DNA of 63,636 bases, counting the filler, from Bipalium vagum (Eukaryota), in the NCBI GenBank assembly GCA_037834085.1. It is 3 parts of 3 records of this genome, joined end to end, with 100 filler letters (N's around TTAATTAATTAA, not from the genome) between each part and the next. Parts side by side here need not be neighbours in the genome. Positions count along the whole stretch, not along the records: positions 1 to 16,609 come from JBBMKC010103060.1; positions 16,710 to 36,577 come from JBBMKC010266082.1; 1 more part is not named here. One strand, written 5' to 3'. This document shows, piece by piece, positions 13,501 to 25,664 of this stretch. The notes under the pieces are model-generated. The model had not been told where the DNA came from and searched no databases. It saw only the letters and a program-made list of their open reading frames with translations. The translations under genes and the position numbers were made by a program. Within the stretch, counting starts at the first letter, position 1; every line of letters begins with the position of its first letter.

Positions 13501-16140
13501 TTTTTGTTTTTAATAAAATCGTGGTAGAAATTTTTTTTCGGGTTGTGTATTATATATCTATAAGGAATATTTCATTGATGCAATATTTATAAAAAGGTGA
13601 GTTCAAGTCTGCTATTGGTATTTGTGAAAAATGTCCACCAGAATGTGAAACTTGTACTGAAAATCGTTGCACCAGTTGCTCACCAGAAAAGTCAGATGAG
13701 ATTTTATTTTTTATTTTTAAAAATAATTTATGAATATATATTATATATTAAATAAATAAATATTAAATATTAATATTGCTATATTAAATAATGAATGTTT
13801 CAATTCAAGTTTTCAAGTTTGAAAATATCTTTTAATTTTATTAAAAATGTTCTCCAAAGGAATTGCTATGTTTTTACAGCCATATGCAGAAATATATAAA
13901 ATGCTATTCATAAATATATTAAAAGCTATTCATTATTTTTGTTATTATTTTATGGGTATGAAAAGATTTCAACAAAAATTTGTTTGTTAAATCTATTTCG
14001 GAAATATTTTTTGTCTTCCAGTTACATATTCTTTAGTGGATAAAATTATCAAAGAATGGACCGATGAACAAATTATAGATCCTAAGAAAGGAGGAAAATG
14101 AATTCAGAAATAAAGAATAATCTATTCCAAATTTTAATGAAGTATCTAGAATTCTGAAAGATATGGAATATGCACGAAAAAGATTAATGAAAATTCTAGA
14201 AAAAAACAGTTAAAAGAACATAGATGCTCGTCAAAGTTATAGAAGAGAAATACAATCGATGATAGGAATCTCTCATTTTTAGATGAAACGTAAATGAACT
14301 TACATCATACAAAACAGGGGGACAAAGATTAGTTTTTTAGTCGCTAATAATAAAACAGTAATAGTATGTTCTCGAAATAAAAGATGTTATATATATTAAT
14401 TTGGATAGCCAATGATATAGGAAGAAATGAGAGTACCATACCGTAATATTTATCAAATAAAAATACTATGAAGAAAAAAACTGGCCAAAATCGAAATTTC
14501 ACCTCCTACTAAGCAATTGATTATTCACAAAGCCAGTGGCAAAGCTGCCTCTGTGACAAAAATTAAAAGTGAATTTGGATTAAATGTGTCCGCAGAGAGT
14601 ATCAGACTTGTTTTGAAGAATTCTGGGACCATTTATTATAAGGAAATACTAGGTAAACCTCCTTTGAAGAAGCAACAAAAAATAACTCGTGCTTGTTTGG
14701 GCAAAAGAAAAAATGTCCTGGGTCAAGGATTGGAAAAATGTCATATGAAGTGACGAAAAAAAGTTTAATTTGGATGGGTCGGGTGGCTATGTCTACTACA
14801 CTACTGGCACGATTTAAGGAACGATGATGTTCTTTTTTCCAAAAGATACACAGGAAGTGGTTCGTTAATGATTTGGGCTGGTTTCAATTACCACGGCAGG
14901 TCAACTCTTGGGATCATGAAACATGACGTCCAACACAATCTCAAAGAAGACAATATTTTAAATTTATTATGTTTACATACCAGAATTAAATTTTTCAAAT
15001 GTTAGATTAAAAAGTATATTTCTTCAATTATGAAATTTCTATTAAATCTCAAAATATTTAACAGAATTATTTTATTAACATTTTTTTGAATATAAAATTT
15101 AAAATAATTTTTTATTTGCTCAATTTTATTTAATTTCTAGTTTTAGGAAAAATATTTTATATTTTTGTAATTTGATCATAAAGTTATAGTAAAATACATT
15201 TACATATGTTTAGTATTCTTGATTTTTATTTTATATGTAAAATTTTTAGCCTAAACTCAAAAGAATGAGAAAAAATAAATGTATTTTTTATCTTAAATAA
15301 TAATTTTTTCTATATTTAAGATATCTCTTTAACAATTCGTGTGTAATTAAATGTCCTGTTGGTTATTTTATCAACTTGCAGTTGAAGACTTGCCTATCTT
15401 GTCTTCAATATTGTTCTTGTGATGATTTTCTCAAGTCAAAGCAATGTTTGAAGTGTCCCACAAATAAAGTGACTTGTAACACAAATTGTGCAAAAGGGTT
15501 TAATAATATTGTTTTATTACAAAAATATTTAAAAATTAAACTAAACAGGGAATATTGGAATTCAATTTCTAAATATTGCCAAAAATGCCATTTATCTTGT
15601 GAAAGATGTTTTGGTGAAACCGACAAAGAATGCTCATTGTGCAATAAGAGCTCATATATTTTATCATCAGGGCAATGTATATCCATGTGCCCTGAAAGAC
15701 AGTATTCATTTAAATTTCCAATTGCCAAATGTGTGTCCTGTCATCAGTCTTGTGATAATTTAACTTGTAATCCGGGTACTTAGACAGTTTTCTGATTTTA
15801 AAGGACAATTATCATTTTCTTATTAAGTAAATGGAAAATGTCTAAAATGTCCTCTTGGACATAAATTGACTGATAGTGGAATATGTGAACGGATAATCAC
15901 ATGTTCTATCACAGAATACTGGGACAAAGATCAAGTTATATAAACAAATTTTATATATTGATAGTTTTTGTATTTAGAAAGTCTGTTTAAATTGTGATCC
16001 TTCATGTCGTAGCTGTTCTCATCATAAACTTTGTTCAAGTTGCTCCCATAACTTTTGTCTGGACGCTTTTTCTAGCACTTGTCGAAAATGTTGTGCATCT
16101 TCATCAGAAAAGAATTGTTCTAAATGTTTATTTGGCCACG
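1539..16140 (+). CDS. PCSK5: Furin-family proprotein convertase, PC5/6-PACE4-like, with long Cys-rich region; 3' end missing (contig ends)
   Basis: 22 frame-consistent GT-AG exons (3433 nt, ~1144 aa): 1539-1712, 1753-1848, 1896-2141, 2189-2262, 2833-2921, 3981-4153, 4400-4612, 5230-5330, 5425-5528, 6709-6826, 6880-7034, 8476-8726, 8772-8900, 10348-10433, 10484-10683, 11000-11327, 12027-12154, 13597-13690, 15321-15497, 15549-15775, 15828-15934, 15978-16140. Signal peptide [16 protein letters not shown]. Prodomain ends [13 protein letters not shown]. Catalytic D (ILDDG), H (HGTRCAGEV), oxyanion N (WASGNGG) and S (HTGTSASAP). P domain with RRGDL, then many furin-type Cys repeats. [10 protein letters not shown] resembles PC5/PACE4 (WYLEEC) more than furin (WYSEAC). 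The family is certain; the exact orthologue is not. Confidence 0.93.
7420..8400 (+). mobile_element. Decayed maT/mori-like (DD37D-type) Tc1/mariner transposase in convertase intron 11
   Basis: ORFs 7438-7722 and 7723-8262 contain (L)[30 protein letters not shown] and SPDINPMDF. An in-frame stop and deletions are present. Confidence 0.85.
9503..10154 (-). mobile_element. Non-autonomous Tc2/pogo-like DNA transposon, 652 bp, in convertase intron 13
   Basis: Perfect 25-bp TIRs CCGTATTTTCAGATAGATAACGCGC (9503-9527 and 10130-10154), flanked by TA on both sides. The interior is a degenerate acidic C-terminal remnant, so strand is inferred. Confidence 0.85.
12420..13230 (+). mobile_element. Decayed Tc1/Tc3-like transposon in convertase intron 17
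   Basis: Frameshifted peptides [30 protein letters not shown] and RQMGGGEIM match the Tc1/Tc3 pattern FSDEKKF-DG-GGGxVM. Confidence 0.65.
14030..14940 (+). mobile_element. IS630/Tc1-like fragment followed by a Tc3-like transposase remnant, in convertase intron 18
   Basis: ~14140-14260 reads [15 protein letters not shown]...NIDARQSY. ~14730-14910 reads [25 protein letters not shown]...[14 protein letters not shown]. Confidence 0.75.
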
Positions 16141-16609
16141 GTATAATTTTTTTTCTTAAAAATTTAAAGAGAAGTTTTTGATTGATGGTTTCATATATAG
16201 TTATATATAGCTTATGATTAAATATTTATCACAAAATCCTTTCTTAAATTTCTATTATAATATAATCTTTTTGGAATAATATTTGAGATGTGAGACTAAT
16301 AATATTAAAAATAAAGAGGTTTTCATGTTTAAAAAGTTTATTCTCGCCTAACTCATTGAAATTTTTAAAAAATTAAATTATCACATTGAGATTTTCAATT
16401 ATCAAACAATTTATTGATTTAAATTATTACAATATTAAAGTATTATGTATTACATTATTTAACTTGAAGTTAAGGCTTTTTAAATTTTAACTATTAGGTT
16501 TCCAAAAGAGTAATTGCGGTTGTTTAAATACTTTTAAGTTAAAACTTTTAGCGATTTACAAAATATTATAAATTAATTTTATTACCATTAAAAGCATATT
16601 TTATCCAGA

Positions 16610-16709
16610 NNNNNNNNNNNNNNNNNNNNNNNNNNNNNNNNNNNNNNNNNNNNTTAATTAATTAANNNNNNNNNNNNNNNNNNNNNNNNNNNNNNNNNNN
16701 NNNNNNNNN
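16610..16709. other. Artificial contig-joining linker
   Basis: Exactly 44 N + TTAATTAATTAA (stops in all six frames) + 44 N. Confidence 0.97.
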
Positions 16710-16715
16710 AAATTG

Positions 16716-16780
16716 TGAACTCAATGCCCAAAAGATTACAATTGGTCAAGAAATCAAAGGGATATCCTATTCAATATTAA
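16716..16780 (+). mobile_element. Tc1 transposase C-terminal tail fragment
   Basis: Reads NSMPKRLQLVKKSKGYPIQY*, a typical Tc1 C-terminus. Confidence 0.6.
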
Positions 16781-17099
16781 GACTTGATCATTTAATAAAT
16801 TTCGTTGTTTAAAATATTAAATGATAAAAATATTAAAATGATACATTAAAATTTAGTAAGTGAATATTTACATGGATACCTCGTTAATTCTAGCTCATTT
16901 CATTCACAATCTCTTAATTCAGAAACGATTGTAAATATTAACAGACACTTATATAATTATATTTATATATATTTGTAATAATGAACTCGGTTAGTTCAAA
17001 ATTCTAATAATTCCTTACAACTTTTGTCTCCCGCGGGTTTCAAATTATGGAGGTTTCTCTGTATATTCACTCTTAATTAATTAAATGATTTACAGACCG

Positions 17100-18030
17100 A
17101 AAATATTATTTCCCGTTTATGCCTTTGTTAAAAATTATGGAATTACGGTCAAATAAACTACTTCTTTGACTCATTTTTTTATCAAGGGCATCTACACTCT
17201 TCCTAGTGTAGATTGAGATCTTTAAATAATTATTGTCATTTTGATCATTTGATCACTTTAATCAACAGTGGTTTGTTAAAAGACTTATAAAAATGTTGTA
17301 TTATAAATATTATAAAATTTTTGGTCAAATCAGTCGTCGACCAAAATACTATATAAGGAGAAGGATTTCTCCATAATTTCGCCCTTAAGTAGGAGACGAC
17401 AAAAACTAAATTCTTGAAGACTATCAGTCATAGTTATTCGGAGAAGATTACCAGTTCTTGTTATCCAGAGACCATTACCAGATTCTTGTTAGTCAGAGAC
17501 AATTATCAGTTATTCGGAGAACTACAAGTATATTTTTTAATGAATCCACCCCTTGGGTTGTGTTTGAGTTCCTCACCAGATGGCTATCTGTAAGCAATTT
17601 TAAAGGCTCAGCTGATAGTCCGGGAAGCTTAAACGAAGCTAACCCGTAAGCTCGTTTATTTTATTTTTTGCTTATCTTAACATTTTACTTTAAAAACATT
17701 ATTTAATATTAATCATTATTATTATTCGATTATTGAATCACTTTAAATATTTATTTTATTTTAATTGGTTTCATTTTATAAACTTTTGTGTTTGATTGAC
17801 AATTGCAGACATTTCAGATCTTATTGTGATCCCTTTCTCTTAAGTTTGACGATTTTTGTATTATTGTTATCACCTTGATTTCGTGTGAGTTTTGTGGTAT
17901 AAATACAAATTATTGCTTTACTGATTGTTGTTATTTTTGCACCACTTAAGAGTTGGAATCAGGTTTAACTTTGATACACTAAATAGTGAACTACTTCATT
18001 GTCTTTATTTATTAACACACTACCACTTTT
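17100..18030 (+). mobile_element. LTR-like element, copy A
   Basis: TCAAGGGCATC motif (~17182), TATATAAGGAGAA box (~17350), degenerate ~28-bp internal repeats (17420-17525) and a T-rich 3' part. 17907-17991 is ~90% identical to the reverse complement of 19898-19982. Confidence 0.55.
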
Positions 18031-18099
18031 GGAGTCAGTCAAGGAACTGATCAGTAAGCTTAACAATGGCGTGCGCAAAACGCAAGAAACATTTCCCTC

Positions 18100-18600
18100 T
18101 CTTGGAATTCGGAAGTTGTTATCTCTATTTGTCCCAACAACATGACATGTATCAAGAATTTAACCAGCAATTTATCATAACATTGTGACTTGTTGAAACA
18201 ATGTCAATCGAGATTCTTTTGAATTGAGACTCAAATCAGAGAGACCTCAAAATCTGATATCAGGTTTGTCACATTGGCGAGCTTTGTTGCTTACTATTTC
18301 TCAGATTGAAATGGATCCGTACAAGTAAATTTTATTGAAAAGAACGTTAAGATAAGCAGTGCTTTCTACTTTGAGCTGATCGCTGAGTTTTTCTGTTTTT
18401 TACGGCCATATATTCTGTGCCTTGCACCAAGTGACTTTTGACTTTTCTGAAATTTGAAAAAGTAAATTCGTAGGAGATAATTCGAATCAGCTGAGGATTT
18501 AAATGATGTGGTACTGAAATGTCTTTCAGAGCATGACAATAATTTCTGGAATAACAAAAGTATTTCTGAAGCCATAACAGCGGCTCCATAGTTAAAATTC
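18100..18600 (+). mobile_element. Decayed mariner (DD34D) transposase
   Basis: GIRKLLSLFVP, NIVTC and PYILCLAPSDF*LF*NLKK*IRRR*FESAEDL match the mariner WVP, IVTxDE and YSPDLAPSDF motifs. Confidence 0.7.
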
Positions 18601-19025
18601 ATATCTGGTTCCAAAATTTACATACCTCTGTGTGCTTATAAGCGTTAATATTATGAAAGTGATAGATTAATTAACTACTCAACATCGAGTGGTTGTCTGG
18701 GAATTTCATCCATAAAAGCAGTTATCAACTTTGGAAAGAGAAGAGAGGACTTGGGAAACTTAATTAGTCAGAAGACTAACAGTCAAAGAAGCAGGTCTAA
18801 TGACAAGAATTACAGTGGAACTGGAAAAGTAGAAGTATGTCAAAATCAATAAGAGAAGAGTAAGATGTCACAGGACCTTATCCAATGAACTTTTTTCTGT
18901 TCTGAAATATTAAGCAGAGCTCATTCACAACCAATTCTTTCATTGCAAGATTTGAAACAAAGAATGTGTTTAACAATTTGCCAATCGAATTTTGTGAAAA
19001 AGCTTGATTGTCTGTTCATGATAAG

Positions 19026-20970
19026 TAGGACAATTTTGTGATGCACTAAAAAATGATAAAGTTGCATTTATTTTTGAAAACAATGTAATTTTGTTAAGTA
19101 GCATTTTGTTTTTAAAAGTGGCATATATTATAAAAAGAAAACTTTATCAAAAAAATATTATTTAAAACTTATCTTAACGCTTTGGATAGTATTGATGTGA
19201 ATTTGTATTTTTTTTGTATGTATTTTTTATATTTTTCTCTATAAATGGGCGATCTTTGGATAACATTTTTTAACTTTGAAAAAATTCTTTTTACTTATAC
19301 CGAGGTTGCTTGACACTGTTGAAGTAAATAATAGTCACTTGGAGATATGTCATTTGGAACTAAAGTTGCTATTGTAGTTTCATCGTTGTTTTTCTTTCAA
19401 TCGTTTTATTCAAGTATAATCCAATATTGCAGCAAACATCTCCAAAGGTAGTTGTTGTCAAATCCGAATAAGTCATGTATATGATTCTTTTTCTGATATC
19501 TCAAGTAATTTATCAGTTCTTCTTAATTTATCGTTAATGAATGAAAATCTTTTGGTAGACTCACAACAGATAATGCTTCTTTAGCTCTAGTAACTAATAA
19601 ACCGCCTCCACTAAACTTTTAACAATATTTATCAGGGTAAGAAGGTTTTCAGCATAATATAAAGCCAATTTTAGTCATGAAGACCATTTGGTAACTATCA
19701 GTTCAGAAGGAATTCCAGTGGAATAAAACTGATTTCCTCTTTGTTATTTTTTGTTATGCAAGCTTTTATTCTTGCAATAAATTAATGTTATATATTTAAA
19801 TTATAATTTATGTACAAAAAATTGTAAATTTTCAATTCAAAGTTGCAAATAGTTACGTTTATAAAAAAAACTGCAAAAAATTGCAATAATAACTTTTGTT
19901 CAATATTTAGTGTATCAAAATTTAAACCTGACTCCAACTCTTAGATGGTGCAAAATAACAACAATCAGTAAAGCAATAATTTCTGTTTATATCACAATGG
20001 TTCGCACAAACTACAATGATAACAATGACACAAAATAGTCAAACTCAACAAAGGAATCACAATAATGTCTAAAATGTCTTAGGTATTATTCAATCTAATC
20101 AATCAAAACAGAATGTTAATCAAATAATCAATTAATTAAAAGAAAATAATTAAAGTTAATGGTCAATGAAAACAATCAATAGACAAGAATTAAACTTAAA
20201 TAATAATTATAAAATAAAAATAATGAAAATAATAATAACAATACTAATAATAATAATAATAAATAATAATAATAATAATAAAGAACGTTAAGAAAAACAA
20301 AACGATCTTTTTTTACAGTTTTTACAGTTGCTCAGAGGTGGGGAACTTAAATGCAATCCCAGGAAGACGAAGAACATCATTGAAAAGTACTTGGATAATG
20401 AATTTTCTTGATAGGTCTTCTCTTCAAATAACAATAACGAAATGTCAGATAATCTTCTTCTCTGAATACTAACAAGTTTTCTGTCTGCTAGTTGAGGGTA
20501 AATTGTGAGGAAATGATTCTCCTTATATACTGATTCTAAACTAATCAGTTTGGAGACGAGCACCATCCAAATTCCTACATTTGATCCTTGAAAATCGTTT
20601 TTGGGGAGCTAATCACTTTGTTTTCTCACATTTTCTGACAAAATCTTTCCATAATTAATATTTAAAACTTCAAAATAATAATTTTATTATTTTTAATAAG
20701 GTTAAAAATAATTTTATGGAAAATTTTTCAAGGACTTTTTAAGGGTTTAATTAAAATTTATTACATGACTAATTAATTAATTAACAATTAATTAACATTT
20801 TAAATGGGTATGTTATGGGATGCCTTTGAGAAAATCAACACATCTTATCGATTAATTATTAATTATTATTATTAATTATTAATTAATTGGGTTTGAAACT
20901 TTTATAACTCGTTTTTAGAGAGTTTTATAAAAGTAAAAAAAGTTGCATTTTGTGTCAAAAAATTGCCTTA
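19026..20970 (-). mobile_element. Internally deleted CGGBP1-like hAT transposon containing a nested LTR-like insert
   Basis: Imperfect TIRs TAGGACAATTTTGTGA and TCAAAAAATTGCCTTA. Near-perfect 8-bp TSD ATGATAAG/CTGATAAG. Minus-strand peptides (IVTKWSS*LKLALYYAENL; LLQQCQATSV*VKRIFSKLK..SKDRPF) are homologous to the element at 54.4-55.7 kb. Confidence 0.75.
19897..20895 (-). mobile_element. LTR-like element, copy B (inverted relative to copy A)
   Basis: Reverse-complement match to copy A. Carries the reverse TATA box TTCTCCTTATATA (~20517-20529), the GATGCCTTTGA motif (~20819) and a (TAA)n run at 20220-20280. Confidence 0.55.
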
Positions 20971-22920
20971 CTGATAAGTTACGTCGTTGCAAGGAAGATA
21001 AAAGAGAAATGTCTTTGTTTTCATATGCAAAATAATAAGTTACAATGAGGGGTTCTTTTGCTATTCACTTATGAAGTTGTAAAGACACTTAATTGACACC
21101 ATGTATAATAAAATAATAGTTATCGTTATTCTCCATAATGAATCAATTATATTCTCTGTGAGGATGAGAATTAATTGGTTGTCCAACTTAGCATTTAATT
21201 TAATTAAAATATAATATGAAAAATTTGTTCTATAATATTTATTTTGAAGAAATAAAAATAATAATGAAATAATGATAATAAAAATAATTAAATAATAATA
21301 ATCACATGATATTTATAATAACAATGATTATTAATACAGACAGAGTAATAATTATAACCATAATAATAATAATTAATAGAATTGAAATTCTAATTAAATT
21401 GTGATATTTCCGAAAATATGCAAGAGAAATGTGTAAAATCTTATCAAATTAATCAATCTAAATCAAATTGGGACCAAATTCGTATGGAAAGTAAAGCTGG
21501 CATTTCTCCCCAGTTGGATTTTGAAGTCAGTAAATCTATTTGTTTGTTTGTTTAGCAGATTTTCTTTCAAATCAATATGTTTTGACACAGAATCTGTGTC
21601 TGGGATAGTTATCCAAATAAATATGCTTTTACAAATCCACTATGAAAACAAATTATTTGTTTAGAAAATTCTGGTCTACTTATAGAAATTAATTTTTGTA
21701 TCAATTAATTTCTATGTAACTTAATTGAAAAATTAGTTCGAATTTGTTACTTGATTATTTTTATAATTTCTAAACATGTAAGAATTGAAAAAAACAAAAC
21801 TGGGCGAAATCTTTTTCTGTCAAAGATAAAATCTTTACTCAATTAATTAAATATAATTATATGGATTTGTTTTAATTATTTAACATTTTCGTTTTGTTTT
21901 AATGAATAATCGTCCATTCCTTCTTTGATTAGCGGTTTCGAAATCTTTAACGATTTCGTTTGGGCCGAATATAAATATATATAAATATATACCTATGTTT
22001 TCTTTATGGTTTTAATTTGACCTCATTTATTTTCGATATTATTAAAAAGAAAGCTGATTATTTTTCCTCTTTGACAATGTCTGGGTTTTGGACAGAATCC
22101 GTTCCATGACAAACGAATAACTTTCCACAATAATTTCCTGTTCGACTTTGGAAAACGTTGCAAACCAGTCCATGGAATATTTGGGCCCAGGGAAGATACA
22201 TTAGTATCATGATTGGCGGCAGCTAATTGATATAAGTTGTCTAATTAAGCCATTTAATTACTTTTAATACTGTACCACAGTCGTATCACTATTCCCATAC
22301 CAGTATATTTAGATGCACCACTGCATGGTGATTAGTTCAAAATATATGATCAATAAAGTCTTGTTGGAGATGTACAGAAATGGTTCAACGAATGATCTAA
22401 ACGATGGGGTTCAAATTAGTTTTTAATTCGATTACGTCACAAATATATTTATTAAATACGGTTATTTCAATGGTTAATATTTAATTTTTATATTATTTTT
22501 AATTAAATTTCAATTTAAATTTTTATTTATTTATTTATAATTATTTTTCACCAATATTTTAAAAATATATTTTAATAATTTCCTTTGTTTATTATTTATT
22601 TAATTAATTATTTTAAACCAATATTTTAAAAAAATATTTTAATAATTTCCTTCATTTTACTTATTATTATTATTTTATTTTTTTTATTTATTTAATTATT
22701 TTAAATTATTTTAAATCAATATTTAAAAAAAGATTTTTAAAATTTCCTTTATATTACATAATATTAATTTTAAATATTTTCCATTTAATAAAAAATTTAT
22801 TAAGTAACTTTTATTTTTAAAAAATTTGATAATAATAAATAATTTTTTCAGGTAAAAGTTTTGTACTGATTTTTAAATCAATATATTTATTATAAATTTT
22901 TTTCAAAATTTTGTTATTAA

Positions 22921-22970
22921 AATTTTCAAAATTTTGGAAATGAAATTTTCAAAATTTTGGAAATGAAATT
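22921..22970. repeat. 23-bp tandem duplication (AATTTTCAAAATTTTGGAAATGA x2)
   Basis: Directly visible. Confidence 0.85.
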
Positions 22971-23479
22971 TTTTATTTTACTAAAATTAATTTCCAATTA
23001 AAATAAAATGAGAAATATATTAAATAAAAAATGAGAAAAAATTATGATTTATTATTTATTATAAAATTTTAAGATGAAAACTATTTGGAAATATGAAAAA
23101 TAATTAAAAGTTTAACGAATATAATACTTTGTGGAATATTTTGTCAACTTTCTTTTACTACCTGGTTCGATTTGTAGGAATTAAAAATCTGATCAAACAA
23201 TGATCCATTTTAATGTAAAAAGAAAAGAAAATGTGATAAATATAATGATTAATTCCTAAATACATCTCGAAAGACAGAAAATAGATGACATCTGTTAAAA
23301 CAATTTCTAGTTTGATATATTAATATTTTGGCCCTCCAAAATATCTCATTTGTGTAAATTCGCTTTGTTAATCTAATCATAGATTCATAATTAGGAAACG
23401 TCTTCTATTAAAATAAAAAAGATTTCATAATTAAAAATATAGTGGAACTCAAAGTTTTTTAAAAACACATTTATTTTAG

Positions 23480-23900
23480 AAATCGTTCATTTTGTGACAA
23501 ATATTCACTTCAAATTTTCACCACGTCACAAAATGATACTGTGCAGATTGTCTCTCAATCGCCTCAACTCACGAATCTGCTTCTATATTGTCTACTCTCT
23601 CATGAACTGTTCCAGGAACATTTTTATTTCTTGCACGGATTTTGATATTTTAATTCTTTTCTTTGGCTCCAAATTCCTGAATAAAAATGATCCATCACGT
23701 TCATCTGAGGAGAGTAAGGTCGTTGCACCAAGAAATCATCATCCGGTGACTTTAACTAAAACAAAATTATAAAAACAAAAAAATTTTAAAAAAGAAGGCC
23801 TCCAGGTTAGCGAATTTATGTTTCCAGCTCTCGTGTTTCGGTTCTTATTGACTGTACAAAGAATAAAATCACGATTTTTTTCATTTCTTGTATTAATGTT
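23480..23900 (-). mobile_element. Highly decayed Tc1/mariner-type transposase C-terminus
   Basis: Minus strand reads LVQRPYSPQMNVMD followed by FLFRNLE in a shifted frame (PPYSPDLN-like). Confidence 0.45.
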
Positions 23901-24671
23901 TGAAGGATATAAATTTTATAATAAATGTAACTCAGGAGTTCATTTAAGAATAAAATCCATGTCTTGTTTCTCCTGAATTCTATATATTTGGTAAAACTTT
24001 TAACATCAAAATTTCGAATCAAAATTTCAAAAATTGCAAAGAAAAATCAAAACATGACGACTCCTTTTAGTTCAATTACTTTCCTTAACATTCGAATTTG
24101 AAAGAATTGACCTATTTTCTTAACTTGTCTTTCTAAACTCATAATCTTAAATCGAAAAAAGAAATTTTTCACAAATGACATTTATATCACTTGGATTCAT
24201 ATTTTTATAAAAGAAATTTCATATGGATCTTCCTCTATCTCTGAATTGAGATATCCTGGCAGCTGATTTTCTTCTACTTAAAAAAATTATGCAAGGATTC
24301 TCATATGCTTTTGTGTTTTTCCTTCCCAGTGTTATTTTTTTTCTTTATCCTTCGGTTAGAAATTCTCTGGACCTTCCAAGACAAAAAGTTTATATTTTAT
24401 ACATTTACATATGTAAAATCGTTTATTTGCATTCCAATGACTTCAAGTACTCAAAAACTGAAATAGATTCTGAAAACTTTTACAAGATTCTTTAACAATT
24501 AATTCACTATTCCTACACAAAAAAGAAATTAACTTATTGCTTTCATAAAACTTCAACTTTAACTTTTTCTAACTTAACCGTTTTTATTACTACATACTTC
24601 TTCAAATTTAGATTCTCGACTCTATTTTGTTCTAATTCGTTCAGATTTAAGCTGCTCTTTTTTTTTAATAT

Positions 24672-25660
24672 TGTTACGCTATTATTTTACTATGAACGTT
24701 ATCGTAACACTTAGCTCGCAAAGTTTACTGAATCCTTCACTTTTGTCAATACGTATACACAAATGAATGAAACAAAACAACTACGAACAACGCTTTATTA
24801 CCAAAAAACAATAACAACCGCAATGTCTCAAATAATCAATAAAAATGTCTTCAATCACAAAATCAAATGTTTCAATAATCAATCACACTAAAAAGCAAAT
24901 GTCTTGAATAATAATCAATTGAATAATTAAATTAAATGCCAATTAAATTAAAAAGAAAACAAAATAACGATATTCTCTCCAATTGCGACGACGACAAGTC
25001 CAAATAGTGGTATGCTAAGCCAATCTGGTTCGCTCAGAAACCCCCTAACAGCACAGGACCCGTCATGAGTTCCTGTCGCATAGAAGGCAAAAAGAATTTT
25101 TTTACTAGGTGCAGCTTTGTCCTTGATTGTGAATTTCTTCTGACGTTTGAACGCAAATTTCTCTAAGAGAATTTCATGGTATTCTGGTCAGACGATCAGT
25201 CAATCGTAGACCAGTTTTATCAATGTGGAATGTCAATTCCCTTTTAGCTCTTTAATTATAAATCGGTCCCTCCTTGTGTACCCTAATCTAATCTTGGCAA
25301 TTTTGGTTCGCCATTGTCAAGATTAAAATTCTTTTTAGAAAATAATAAATTGTCATTTTTTGTTTTAATTATTTTTGTACTTATTATTTTATTATTTAAT
25401 TATTATTTTAAGCATTATTAATATTATTATTATTTTACCTGTGACTCTTTTACGGTCTTAATAATTAATTTATAATTATTATAACTATTTTTAGACCCTA
25501 TTGCGGCCTCTAACATATAATTTATATAATGGTTAACATGGATGTGTCCTTGGCTAGCCCAAAAATATTCAGTATTTGATTCTATCAGTATTTAGGAGTC
25601 ATTAATTATTTCAACTTATCGATATTTAACGGTCATTGATTATCTTGATATTTTTTATTT
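24672..25660 (-). mobile_element. LTR-like element, copy C
   Basis: Begins TGTTACG. Has a reverse polyA signal TTTATT (~24794), repeated AAATGTCT words, a GC-richer core, a reverse TATA-like site (~25257) and GTGTCCTTGGCTAGCCC (~25544). Confidence 0.45.
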
Positions 25661-25664
25661 GATA

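Noticed and set aside
15405-15728. Antisense ORFs over convertase and kinase exons (also 3943-4125, 5350-5574, 10994-11212, 41551-41739, 46463-46678)
   Set aside because: Shadows of the coding strand, with no independent motifs.
16654-16665. TTAATTAATTAA palindrome as a biological motif
   Set aside because: It is centred in exactly 44+44 N twice, so it is an assembly linker.
17190-17213. ATCTACACT-CTTCCT-AGTGTAGAT hairpin resembling a Cas12a repeat
   Set aside because: Single copy, no spacers, no cas genes, eukaryotic context.
17420-17525. Short repeats as a CRISPR-like array
   Set aside because: Degenerate tandem units without unique spacers, inside an LTR-like element.
18061-18082. TAACA followed by TGGCG as an LTR end plus primer-binding site
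   Set aside because: I could not match it to a tRNA 3' end, and the downstream sequence is mariner rather than gag.
18347-18614. Minus-strand ORFs of 80-82 aa
   Set aside because: Antisense shadows of the + strand mariner remnant.
18650-18900. Possible MULE C-terminal fragment (+) or pogo QPLDV motif (-)
   Set aside because: The two weak readings conflict, and the fragment is too short to call.
21450-22420. GC-richer patches as exons of a host gene
   Set aside because: No consistent spliced frame or recognisable motif on either strand.
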